From assembly GCA_002269645.1 (NCBI GenBank), contig NIVC01002546.1, positions 5,794 to 69,793 of the forward strand: DNA of 64,000 nucleotides. The letters are read 5' to 3'. The stretch's first letter is position 1. Every line of letters starts with the position of its first letter. This stretch comes from Macrostomum lignano (taxonomy: Eukaryota). Below, piece by piece: positions 47,983-62,179 of the stretch. The position numbers and the translations under genes are program-made. The notes under the pieces were generated by a model, which was not told the DNA's origin, made no database searches, and saw only the letters and a program-made list of their open reading frames with translations.

Positions 47983-48803
47983 TCCTGCGAAAATTGATTG
48001 ATTAAACCTACTGAATAGACCAAAAAGTTTCGAGCATTAAGAAACGGTAAAAAACCCAACTCACATACTGGGCCGTTCGACTAACCATATCGACTATCAG
48101 GACTGACTTTTATCGCACCTCCCTGCGCCGCGTTGGATCAAAGTGCATCTACTTATAACTCCTATAAATAGAGAAAAGCAACAACAGTTTGCTCCGGTAT
48201 TCTGCATGCAGCCATGCAGCCAACAGCTTATAAAGAAATCTGTGCATTAATGATTCAACAGCTGATAGGCAATTGCCAATATTGACAGAAGCAGTTTCTG
48301 CAGCAGAGGGCACCGACTTTGAAGTAAAAAGAGCTGCCGAACTAAAAAAAATTCAATGATTGCCTGACTCAACAGTGGCCAAGCGATTACTCTTGAAAGA
48401 TTACTATTAGTACTAAAAAGAGCCACTACGTGATAATCGCTTAAACATTGAAAGACCAGCAACAGGGCATAATAACTTGACTGTATGTTTTCAATAACGT
48501 GTCTTCAAATCGTTCAATCGGCTACCGCGCTTCCATATGAGAGCATTAAGTTTGTACGAGTTATGAAATCGTCATTTCCAAGGTTATTCCCCCAAATAAA
48601 GTATTTTCTTTTCCTTTTTAAATTTTCACAGCATCTTTTTGCGATGGTTCTGTTCTTTGACTTGTCGCTTCCAAAATACGCTGAAGTTCAAATAGAAAGC
48701 GCTGTTTAAATTTGGCTTTGAATATACTTGCTTGTCAGTATCTAGCAGCATATTAGGTTAAATTAGGTTAAATTAAATTCGGTTAAATTAGGTTGCAATG
48801 GTA

Positions 48804-52014
<3,211 letters not shown>

Positions 52015-52984
52015 GGTTGCAATGGTAAGTATAATTTGTAACCCGAACGGCCTCTTTCGAGACCGACTAACCACAACTATCAACGACTACCACTAGTTAC
52101 AATAAAAGCTATACAATAATTTGGCAGAGGCACAGTAATAATAATTACTAAACTACTAACTAATAATTCCACAAATAAAAGGCAATGGTGACGATCGGCG
52201 CTCGACAAGCACAATCAGATCAGCTCAAACTGCAAATCGACCACAAAATTTACTGACAACTAATCGACAAACAACTGACTCCGATGCATCTCTGATGCAA
52301 TAAAAATGTTGACCCTTCATAATGAAATGATGAAACCGTATTTGTGAGCCGACCCGTCAGTTATGTATACATCTATTCGCATATTTATAAATTATAGTTT
52401 TAGGAAAAACTTTGCATTACAGTTGAAATTGAGTCTTTAGAGTACTTTTTTGGAGTTTTTGTTTTCGTTCTGCTGTATTTAAAGTAACGGCGACTGGGCG
52501 ACGTTGCGCTTCCGAGTAAAGAATGTTTTCATGCCAGTGCATAATAGTGTTCCAACTAGTCTGTTATACTCTACGCTCGTATGCTAACTTTAACTTGTTT
52601 TGCCAGTCGGCTATTATAAGAAGCTGGGCCGGAGACTGGTATAGGAAAGACAGGTACTATATTATTCCGCACATCTTGCTGCTGACAGAAACCGTCTGTG
52701 CGTCAGAGCAAATCGATGAAAGCAGACACTATAATGGAGAGAAAGCTGTCGGAGAGAGAGATGAGGAGTGGAGGCAAAGGAAGGAGAGAAAAGTCTTTAG
52801 TAAGCAAGGCACAATAGACCAGCATAAGAGGAGCATTAGGTTCGCTAAATGAAAAGAGAGAATTGGCTTTAAAGCCCAAACTCACAGAGTTTATTAATTA
52901 AGATTTCTCAGACCTGTTCCATTTCACTTAGCCTTGCTCTAGAGCTTCAATTTTACTCGTTACTTACTTATAGCTACGGAGACT

Positions 52985-55195
52985 ATGAACGAATCAACGA
53001 ACAAGGCCCTATTGGTTCCAGGCACGGCAGCCCTGGAACCGGGCATTCAGGAGGTCTACAACCAGCTGGAGAAGCGAATCCAAAGTGGCAAACCTTTGCA
53101 GCAATTCCAGCAGGACGATTGGCGCAATCTCGTCCGGGTGGCGCAGCTACACACGTCAGCGCTAAATCAGACGCCGACTGACGAAAGGCGTGCGTTCGCC
53201 AAGGCGATTCGCCAGCGCTCGGGCTGGTGGGGCCGTCCGTCCGAGGCCAAGATAGCCGATGCCAATCTGGAGCGCACGTTGATTCGATCGGCTCTTGATT
53301 CGGCCGGACTATCGGAAGCGGCTACGGAGGCAAAGCGACGCCTTCACGGACCGGGTGTTTTCGCTTTGCGTCATGCTCGGCTGCCGGCATTTGCCTACGT
53401 CGGTCGCGACGCGAACCAACTTATTGAGGCGCTGCGGCGTCTCCTCTGGCTGGCTTTCGACGGACTTGAGAGCCCGAGTAGCGATCAAAGACGACTTGAC
53501 GAATCTGATGCAGTGGTCAGTGCAGCGATTCTGTTGACTCGTCAGACCGATTGGCAGCTGACTCTCGTGGCAGCTGACGACTCTGAGGCGGAGCGACAGA
53601 CTTTGCAGAATGAACTGACGCTTCGTCTAGGTTGCCTATGGCCTCGTGGTCTGAACTCGAGTCTGAATCAGAGCCTTGTCTGTTTGAAGGAGCTACGGGA
53701 GCTTGACTGGTGCCGATCCATAGAGAACGGCGCGAGTCGAAGTCACTTAGCTGTTGTCGAGGAGGCTGCAACGGCGATGGAAGCTAGACGATTGGGTCTT
53801 GCCGATCTGCAGTTTGACGACGTGCGTCGGATTGCCTTTGAGGCGGACGAGTCAGGCCTGTACCGGTGCGATGAGGCTGTTCGCGAGTTTAGCCGGCTTT
53901 GCCAGCAGCTGCGACAGCGTAGCAGCGAGTTACACCAGGCTGACTACGTCGCTTGCCATCGCCTCCATGTCATGGCCGCTGAGTTGGCCGCAAAGCCGCA
54001 AACCAAAGAAAGACTGAAGTACCGACGAGACGTGCGACAACATAGTGGCTGGTGGCGCTCGGAGACGGGTGGGCTGGAATTTTTTGACGACTCTGTAGCA
54101 AACTTGGATTGCCTGGCAAATACCCTGGCGAGAATTCTACAGTCGGAAATGAGCAAGTCGGAAAGCGGTTGTAATGACATGAGCAACTATTCCCAGCTGC
54201 AGACTGCCGGTGTATTTGTGCTCAGACACAGGTAGAATGGCTCATTTCTTGAATTCATACCTTACAGCATCCATGTTGACTAGTTTGACAAAAGAATAGC
54301 CTACTTTCAATACTGGTAGCAAGATCTAACTTTTAAGTAGTCCTCTTTAAGATTTTTCTGCTTAAATCGCTTCGTTTCCCGTCAGTAGTACATTTTTATT
54401 TATTGCATATAAATTTCTGTAGCGGAAAAAATGGTAGCCTTGCTTTCTACATTTAGCTTTATTATTAGACCGTAAAATGATCTAGTCAGCTTCACTCAGC
54501 CTGACTAGCATAATGCTTATAACAGGGACTACTCAATACGATCGCGACTGGAAAGGACAATATTTGGAGGCCGCTCGATTAATAACTTAGTCCTCTAAAA
54601 GCATTACTTCGATATGTTCTCCCTTGTAGTCAGCGAGTTTGTGACTGTGGTAAAAACCTAATCCAAGCGATGCTTTTTCGAGGACTAAGTTATTAACAGA
54701 TCGGCCTCCAAATATTGTCGTTTCCCGTCCCGAGTACTGAGTAGTCCCTGGCTTATAAATAGTTTATCGATTGTACTACCAACTCGTCGCGACAGGTCCA
54801 GACGTTGTTGGCGCTACGTCAGTCGTCCATGCGACGATGTACTCGCAGAATTTCGCTGCCTTCTTCACCGATCGCTGGACGGATTTCCATCTGACGAGAA
54901 TTGTGACAACGCTAGTTCAGGGTGCGACCCGACAGGCCTGGATTGCGCTGCTGCCGCAATGCTTTTGCTAAGCACAGCAGACGAATGGCTGTTTGAATTG
55001 CATCCCGAGCCTGACCAGCTGCTAGCGGCCGAGCTGTACAATAGGTTGGTGCTGCAGCTCGACGCTCTGTGGCCAGGTGGTGCCAATCTGTCTCTGCTCA
55101 TTGACTGGCAGACGCTGCCAGCGCTGCACGAGGCGATGGCTCAGCGTCCGCAGTCACAGCTTCAGGCGCGAAACGCCAATGTCACCTGCGATTGA
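52985..55195 (+). CDS. 548-aa uncharacterised protein with two tandem ~270-aa modules carrying GIY-YIG-like signatures; exons 52985-54231 and 54796-55195
   Basis: Donor AG|GTAGAA at 54232 and acceptor gacAG at 54795 join in phase 2 (1647 nt open). Both modules contain ER...RQ.SGWW, GVF.LRH..YV(G/S)R, a W-hydrophobic strand and LWP.G.N.SL. Confidence 0.8.
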
Positions 55196-56064
55196 GACTG
55201 CTATGCTAAGTTAGATTATTCTCCTACTATCAAACTTATCATATGTTTGCATGGGAACTTTCTACTAATTATAATTGTAACTAATTTATTAGTTTAGTTG
55301 CAGGGTTCTGTCTGCTTCAAGAAATTCTATTAAAGTCTTTTGTCACCAATAAAACCATAGTAGAAAATAAAAAGAACTAAAATACGAGCTTATCTATTTG
55401 CTTTGCTCGCAGTCTACAGAAACTACTTTATTGATGCGTGGGCCTTCAGTCAATTAAGCAGATGAGGTTTTTATAGACTAGACAGCCAAATACTAAATGG
55501 AAATGCACTCTCCAAATACGAACTATTTTATTGACTGCAGTTTGTAGTAGCGGATATTCATTCGTTTTTCTGCAGCGACGTTCTCAGAATTATTTTACGG
55601 GAACACTGGGTAAACGATTTGTTGCTCAAAGCTGATTCACAAAGCGTCAAAAGTCTTACAATTAACTAGAACTTGCATTGAATTTGCCTATCCCATTTTA
55701 CTACATCGTTTTAGATGTAAAAATAGAAACGATTTTTTGTGTCCACAGGACTGATTCTAGCTCTTGGCTAGTCTTTGTAAAAATGGGACCGGAATGGTTT
55801 CCCGAGCTAATCCCAACGGTAATCGATAGAGATGCAGCAATTTATAATGTAGCTTGCAGCAACAATCAGTGATTTTTCGGTTCATTAATGGATTCCGGTT
55901 GGATAAGTCAATAATTGTCAGTTTTTTAGCTCTCCATTCACTGTCAGCTGCTATATAGTCTGAATTCTTTATAACCGAACGAACAAAATTTTCAGGTCAA
56001 GTTGCTCAAGTTTTTGTTCATAACGCTTTCTACTAAACTGTAAATCAAAAACTCAATCTTAAAC

Positions 56065-56340
56065 GATAAAAATCAAAACTGTGTATCTGTGTGTCTGTAC
56101 AAATTACTTCCGCTATGGATTCCCAAACCGCTCAACCAAACTACACCAAATTTTGCATCCGCCCTAGACTTAATACGGAAAGTGTCATCAGGATCAGGCT
56201 CCCTTAAAATTTTCTAAATCCAAGTCTTCCTCTTACCTTAATCCATTAATCCTGAACGGCGCTGTGCACTTTTAAATTAAGACTGTTTTTGTCAGCGAGA
56301 CAGCCACCCCAGCCTCCGCCTGCCTCTCCTGATCTGGCCC
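56065..56340 (+). mobile_element. Possible remnant of a non-autonomous Helitron-like element
   Basis: AAAAATCAAAACTGTGTATCTGTGTGTCTG..GATTCCCAAACCGCTCAACC..ACCAAATTTT resembles 5' segments of invertebrate non-autonomous rolling-circle elements (recollection); no clear 3' hairpin/CTAG found. Confidence 0.28.
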
Positions 56341-56896
56341 AGAGGGGGTATGAGTTTAAAATGAGTTTAAATGAGTTCAAAAAGTAAAAAAACAAACTAA
56401 CTTTGATGCGTTTGACTTCAAACTTGACACAATTTTTCATTGACTTATTCGATCTCTGTCTAAATACTGTCTGTTAAAAGTCTCAACTCTGTAACTCAAT
56501 CAGAACAGATACTGTAAGCATGTGAAGTTTGCTTTTTCTGTTGTTCGTGCGGCTCACCAAACTCATTCCCTCAGACTAAGGGTCAGGCGATAGGGCTCAA
56601 TGTACATAGCAAATGTACATTACTTTGGAATAAGTTCAAGTTCAACTTTATTTACGCCCCAGTAGAATTTCTCAACCAAACTGTTCTTAAGCTGCCTGAC
56701 TGTTCTATCCTATAGGCCTAACAGTTAAACAGTTTAATAGTGTACGATGAGCAAGACAGCATTCAATAAGACTGCCATGGTTTGAAAAAGAGAAAAATCC
56801 TAGCTTTGCATAGACCTGCAGATCGAGTGTAAGTGCAATGGTAGATTGTATAGTATGCAACTGAGTTGAATAATGGTTGGTTATTCGTAAGTGAGA

Positions 56897-58006
56897 CTTT
56901 AGGATAATAGTCCGGCTCATGGCACGAGATTGCAGACGCGGTTCTTGACCATGAGCCGGACTATTATCCTAAAGACTCACTTACGAATAACCGCATTGTC
57001 GAATTTCAGTGGGGCCATAGACAAAAAGGGCATCGAAAGGAGAGAGGGGTTACCGAGGAGAGAGAGACATAAAGACTGAGGTGGTTTACTGGAGTTTGGG
57101 CCATAGACAAAGAAGTTGCAAACAGGCTGGGGGTTAAGAGGGTGGAAAGGAAGGAGATGTGGAGAGAAAGAGAGAATAAAACTTAAATAGCTACATTCGC
57201 TTGGCCATGGAGAACCAGACGTCATATCCGATCAACTGGGGCAATCTGCCTGTCGAAAGTTTAGCCAACGTATCTAGCAGCGAACTCAATTGGATCTCAA
57301 GACTTTCCACATCTCAGAAGGACATGAAGGATAACGAAGACTTTTTGAACTTCTTGCACTTTCTTGAGACCTGGAATCGGCTGGGCATTCGATGAGCGAG
57401 ATCATGGCTATCACGGGTCAAAAGTCCGAGAGCACGGTCCGGCGCTACCTGGCAGTTAAACGGGACAAGTCCCTGCAACAATGCAGCTATGCAGTGTCGC
57501 GTGCGTTGAACATGGGACAAAGCGCCGCGACCCACGGTCAAGTAACAATGCCTGCTGACATCAGCATCCAAAGTTCCATCGTGCAAGAAGCAGTGAGCGT
57601 GTCTGATGGTCGTCAGATGAACGGTCGGAATATCTTTATTATGAACAACTGTACTTTCAACAATTGCAATCTGTAATGGTCTTCGGCACTATGACAATTG
57701 CGCCATATTGATACTGCACAATTAACTTTCCATAGCGCTAATATTTTGTTGTTGGTGTTTGCTGTTTTGTTCTAAAAATAGGCGTCCATTATCCCGAGTT
57801 TGAAATCATTATCCTGAAGTTTAAGTGAAAAAAAAAATAAATGTGCTCATGGTTTAACCATAGACGATTGCATTATCCTAAAGGCTGATTTTTGACAATG
57901 GGGGGTTAACTGGAAGAGAGAACTCCAGGCAACGGCCAAAGCCACGAGCAGCGCTAGCCGCGAGTGGAAATTTGGCCGTTGCCTGGAGTTCTCTCTTCCA
58001 GTTAAC
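56897..58006 (+). mobile_element. Crypton-like (tyrosine recombinase) deletion derivative, unit 1, with hairpins at both ends
   Basis: N-terminal MENQ..INWGNLP (ATG 57207) is fused out of frame near 57370 to the recombinase C-terminal box LESAGHSMSEIMAITGQKS...RRY and the F..NC.F.NC tail; 26-bp and 36-bp perfect inverted repeats flank it. Confidence 0.65.
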
Positions 58007-58247
58007 TTCATTGCAGGAAATATCTATGGCACGAATCGAAGTGGCCCAGAAGGAGGAGGCACAAACGTCTATGGCACGAAAGCCAAAAGGCGTGGAGAGT
58101 TCATGGCAATGACAATCCTATTGATTGAATGGAGGGTTGAAATGTCTATGGCAAAACTTTCAGTGGGGGTGAAGGGGTTTGTGTGAGGGATTCCCAGGCA
58201 GTAAGTAGTCTGTCCAAACCTGTTGATTCAAGAGTTTTCTGTCCATC

Positions 58248-59510
58248 ATGAGCGACCCGATAATACATTATATTAATTGGGGTAACCTCCCGTGTGAGGA
58301 CCTCGGCAACATCACGCAGGATGAACTGAACTTCCTCTCGGAATCCTCTGCCGTTGATCGGCACGACGAAGATTTCGATGCGTTCCTGAAGTATGTCCAA
58401 AATGGTCCAGCTGATACTGGGCTGCCAATGATCGATGGAGATGAAAAGATAGACGTTTCCGAGATGGACAGAATCGAGATCGAGAGTCTGCCTGAGGATA
58501 CTCGGAAGCAGATGTACCAGCATGGCCAACGTTTTCGAGACTTCCTGGAAGGGGAGAATCTGCGCAACATTCAGCATGTCAACAATCCTACATTGAACCA
58601 ATATCTTCGGTACTTCTACTTCAAGCTGAAGAAACAGGATGGCTCGTTCTACTCGCCGGCCTCTCTCATCTGTATCCGGGCTGGAATTCAGAATTTCACG
58701 CTTCGTGTTACTTTTTTCGCCTATGGTATTGTTGTCCAGTCTTGTTTTTTTACCTCCAGAAAATGGCCGGTCATTGTCCGGAGGTCATTGCCATGAACAA
58801 ATATTTCGGGCAATGGCCAAAACTCGAGTGCGCGTAGCGCACGAGTGTCTATGGCCATTATTCAACGAAGTTGCATACTATACAAGTGCATTGTATTTAT
58901 ACTTTCACTCAGCGCTCAGTCATTATTCCACACTTTTGCGGCCATTATTCCACACTTTTGTCGCTGTCATTATTCCACTCTTTTTATCATGCTTCAATTG
59001 GCTGTTATAAGAGTTGTTTTACCCATAGACGACTGAGTGGTGTGGCTTAGTTTGACCATAACTATGGCTATAGTGCATCTCGTCAAACAGCCGCGCTTAT
59101 TAATTAAAAAAATCTTCCTGTCGACGACTGAACGAACCGTGCGGCGCTACCTAGGAAGAAAACGCGACCATGCAGTCTTCAACGCCTCGACGGCTATAAA
59201 CGATGCCTGAAAGCGGTGAATCGATTCAGTCGAGCAGCCGACAGTCCCAAAGAATCCCAGCTTGGATACTGCGGTACCAAAGAAGCTCATCAGGCGAAGC
59301 TCATCAGTCGCAAGCCAACTTAACCAAGACGTGCATCTTTCAAATGGTAAGTTCGGCAACTATACTTGAGCACCTGTATTTCTCTTTCATAGAAACATTC
59401 AACATAGACCAACTCCTTTTGCAGTGCCAAATCATCAGGCTAAAGTGTCGAGCATCTTTGGAAACTGCGGCTTTGAGAACTGTGCATGTTTCACTTTGGG
59501 TGACAAATTG
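58248..59510 (+). pseudogene. Crypton-like recombinase remnant, unit 2 (N-terminal 148 aa at 58248-58690; C-terminal remnant ~59120-59510)
   Basis: T..Q..RF.DFL..LNQYLRYFY..LKKQDGSFYSP.SL..IRAGIQ matches the DUF3504/CryptonA-associated N-terminal domain pattern. The remnant TERTVRRYLGRKRD..IFGNCGFENC parallels unit 1; the catalytic core is missing. Confidence 0.68.
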
Positions 59511-59974
59511 ATTTTTACATTGTCAAATTTCGACTACAAACTGATAAACTGCACTAGCTGTGACATTTATTATTAACTCTTTCGTGTAGCTGGTACTTTA
59601 GTTTTAATGATTTTTCCTTTTTGTTCATTCATTCAATAAAGAGAGTATTTATTAACAAAAATACTGAGCGATGGATTTTTTCAATCCAAATGTCTATGGT
59701 ACACATCAAAACTGTGGAATAATGGCCAAAATATTTTTTCATTGCGTCTGGGTAAAAGTATAATTACAATGCAGCAAACCCAGAATAGAATCCTTCAACC
59801 ACAGACAAGATCATTGACATCAGTCAAACAGATTTCAATAGGCGCCAACAGTTTCCCATTGATTTCTTAAACTCTGGAGCAGGAGTCGGCAAAATACCGC
59901 TAAGCCCCTCTATCCGGCCCGGCCCTCGCCTCGCCCCGCGGTCCTTTGAAACTTTTAGCAAAGTTAGTAGTACC

Positions 59975-61325
59975 TCTTCAACGCAATTGTCCATCCCCTC
60001 TTCTACCTTCCTCCCTCCCTTCTTCTCTCAACTCTTTTCTCTTTCTGTCCCCACTCCTCTCTCCCAGTTTCCTCTCTCTCTCCTCTCCTTTCCCCCTCCT
60101 CTTTCCTCTTCCCTCTCCTTCCCATCTCTCCTCTCTCCCCACTTCTTCGCCTCCTCTCCCACCTTTCTCTCCTCTCTCCACTCTTCCCTCCTCTCTCAAC
60201 TATCTCCCCTAGCTCTTCTTTCCCCTCTTCTCTCCTTTTAATCTTCAGCCAAAAATTTTGGCAAATGTCTTACCTCAAAGAAGATGGAACAAAAGATTAG
60301 AGATAAGCAAACAGAGGAGAGGAGACAAGAAATGCGAAGCGAGAAAAGATAGAAGGGGAGAGAAGATAGAAGTGAGGAGAGATAGAGAGAAGAGGAGAGA
60401 GATGAGAAATGAGTAAGAGAGAAGATAGGAGAGCGAAGAGAAAAGATAGGAAAAAGAAGAGGAGAAGAGGAGGAAGGAGAGAGGAGAGAAAAGAAAAGAG
60501 TAGAGAGAAGAGAGCAGAGTTGAGCGAGGTGAGAGACGGGAAAGAAGAGGGGAGAGATGATAGAAAGAGAGAAGATGGGCGAGAGAAATGAGAGGAGAGG
60601 GGAGAAGGGCGAAAGAGGGGAGGGAGAAGGAGAGAAGAGAGAAATGGAAGATATAAGAGAAAAGGGAGAGAGAACAGAGGAGAGAAGAAAGGAGAGAAAA
60701 GGAGAGAGAGGTGAGAGGAGAGGAGAAATGAGAAAGAAGAGATAAGAGAGGAGAAGAGGGGAGAGGGGGAGAGAGGTGAGACGATAGATAAGAGAGTAGA
60801 AAGGAGAGAGGATATATAAGAGAGTAGAGGAGAGAAGATAGGAGAGCGAAGAGAAAAGATAGGAAAAAGAAGAGGAGAAGAGGAAGGAGAGACCAACCTA
60901 GAGATGAGTATAGAGGAGAGGAGAGATAGACAGAGAATAGGGAGAGAGAAGCGGGAGCAGAGGGAGAGAGGGAGAGAGAAAAGGGAGGAAAGAGAAGAGA
61001 GGAAAGGGAAGAGAGAGAAGAGAGTAGAGAGAGAAGAGAGTAGAGAGAAAAGAGGAGAGAATAGTGAAGTGAGGAGAGATGGGAGTGAAAGGAGGGGAGA
61101 GAGAATAGAGAGGAGATAATAGAGCGAGGAGAGGATAGAGGAAAGATGAGAGAGAAGAGTGGAGAGGAGAGATGAGATGAGAGGAGAGATGATATATGAG
61201 AGAGCAAGGAGGAGAGAGGAGAAGAGAAAGACGAGATGATATATGAGATAAGAGAGCAAGGAGGAGAGAGGAGAAGAGAAAAGACGAGATTGATATATGA
61301 GATAAGAAAAAAGTAGAGATGAGAA
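59975..61325. repeat. Low-complexity polypyrimidine (59975-60240) then polypurine (60290-61325) tract
   Basis: CT-rich followed by GA-rich sequence; an internal ~55-bp duplication at ~60418 and ~60833; explains the L/S-rich and E/R-rich ORFs. Confidence 0.95.
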
Positions 61326-61689
61326 AACAAACTAGAGTTGTTTGTCATTCCGCCTGGCACCCAAGCCAACGAGATCAATGCTTGCCTCAAATCTAAATTT
61401 AACACAAATTTACTATTAAATTAATAATTCTATCTAGCTAATAATTCTATTCTAAGTTAACTATTAACAATCTTCTGTCTGAGTATGAATTCAGATTTTA
61501 GAATGCATGCAAAAATAGTTCCGGGGATCGGAATTCTGCAGCGGTTAAAAATTCGCGGATTCAACAGCTTGTTTTTATATAAAAATGACTGAACTTTATG
61601 TTATGGATGAAATCAAATTTACATGTGCGATTAAAAACTTTTTCGTTTTGCTTGTTTGTTTTTTTTGTTTTGGCTGTTTACATGTAATT

Positions 61690-61992
61690 GTTTGGTTAGT
61701 TGATTAGTTGTTGCTTTTTAAGTTAGTTGGTCGTTGGTTGGTTGGTTGGTTGGTTGGTTTTGGTTTGGTTGGTTTGGTTGGTTGGTTGTTGGTTGGTTGG
61801 TTGTTGGTTGGTGGTTGGTTGGTTGGTTTGGTTGGTTGGTTGGTTGGTGTTGGTTGGTTGGTTGGTTGGTTGGTTGGTTGTTGTTGGTTGGTTGGTTGGT
61901 TGTTGGTTGGTTGGTTGGTTGGTTTGGTGTTGTTGGTTGGTTGGGTGTTGGTTGGTTGTTGGTTGGTTGGTTGGTTGGTTGGTTGCTTGGTT
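61690..61992. repeat. Degenerate (GGTT)n microsatellite
   Basis: Direct reading; explains the NQPT/LVGW ORFs. Confidence 0.97.
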
Positions 61993-62081
61993 GATAGGAA
62001 TGATAGGAATAATAGAACAACGCATTCTACCATTGGTCGATAATTTACGGCTGTGCCTGTCCCCAACGCCTTAACTACGGC

Positions 62082-62125
62082 CCTATTGGTTGCGGCCTGT
62101 TTGTTGTGCTTAGAATATATAAATA
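62082..62125 (+). promoter_or_regulatory. Candidate core promoter of the GPCR copy (reverse CCAAT plus TATA-like)
   Basis: CTATTGG at ~62083 and TATATAAATA at ~62116, 55-95 bp before ATG 62180; the same order (CTATTGG ~63729, ATATAAAATA ~63771) occurs before the duplicate copy. Confidence 0.35.
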
Positions 62126-62179
62126 TCGCAAACTGCCGTCGTCACATAAATCAGACTTCTGAGATTAGAACGGCAGACC

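Noticed and set aside
48760-48790. (TTAGGTTAAA)n as the LINE 3' tail
   Set aside because: It lies outside the 13-bp TSD, so it belongs to the target site.
55748-55872. Possible extra 3' exon (TDSSSWLVFVKMGPEW..NNQ*) of the GIY-YIG-like gene
   Set aside because: It has an AG acceptor, but no compatible donor was found and the upstream exon already ends in TGA.
60275-61405. 376- and 320-aa Leu/Ser-rich ORFs
   Set aside because: Reverse complement of a GA-rich low-complexity tract.
61704-62074. NQPT- and LVGW-repeat ORFs
   Set aside because: (GGTT)n microsatellite.
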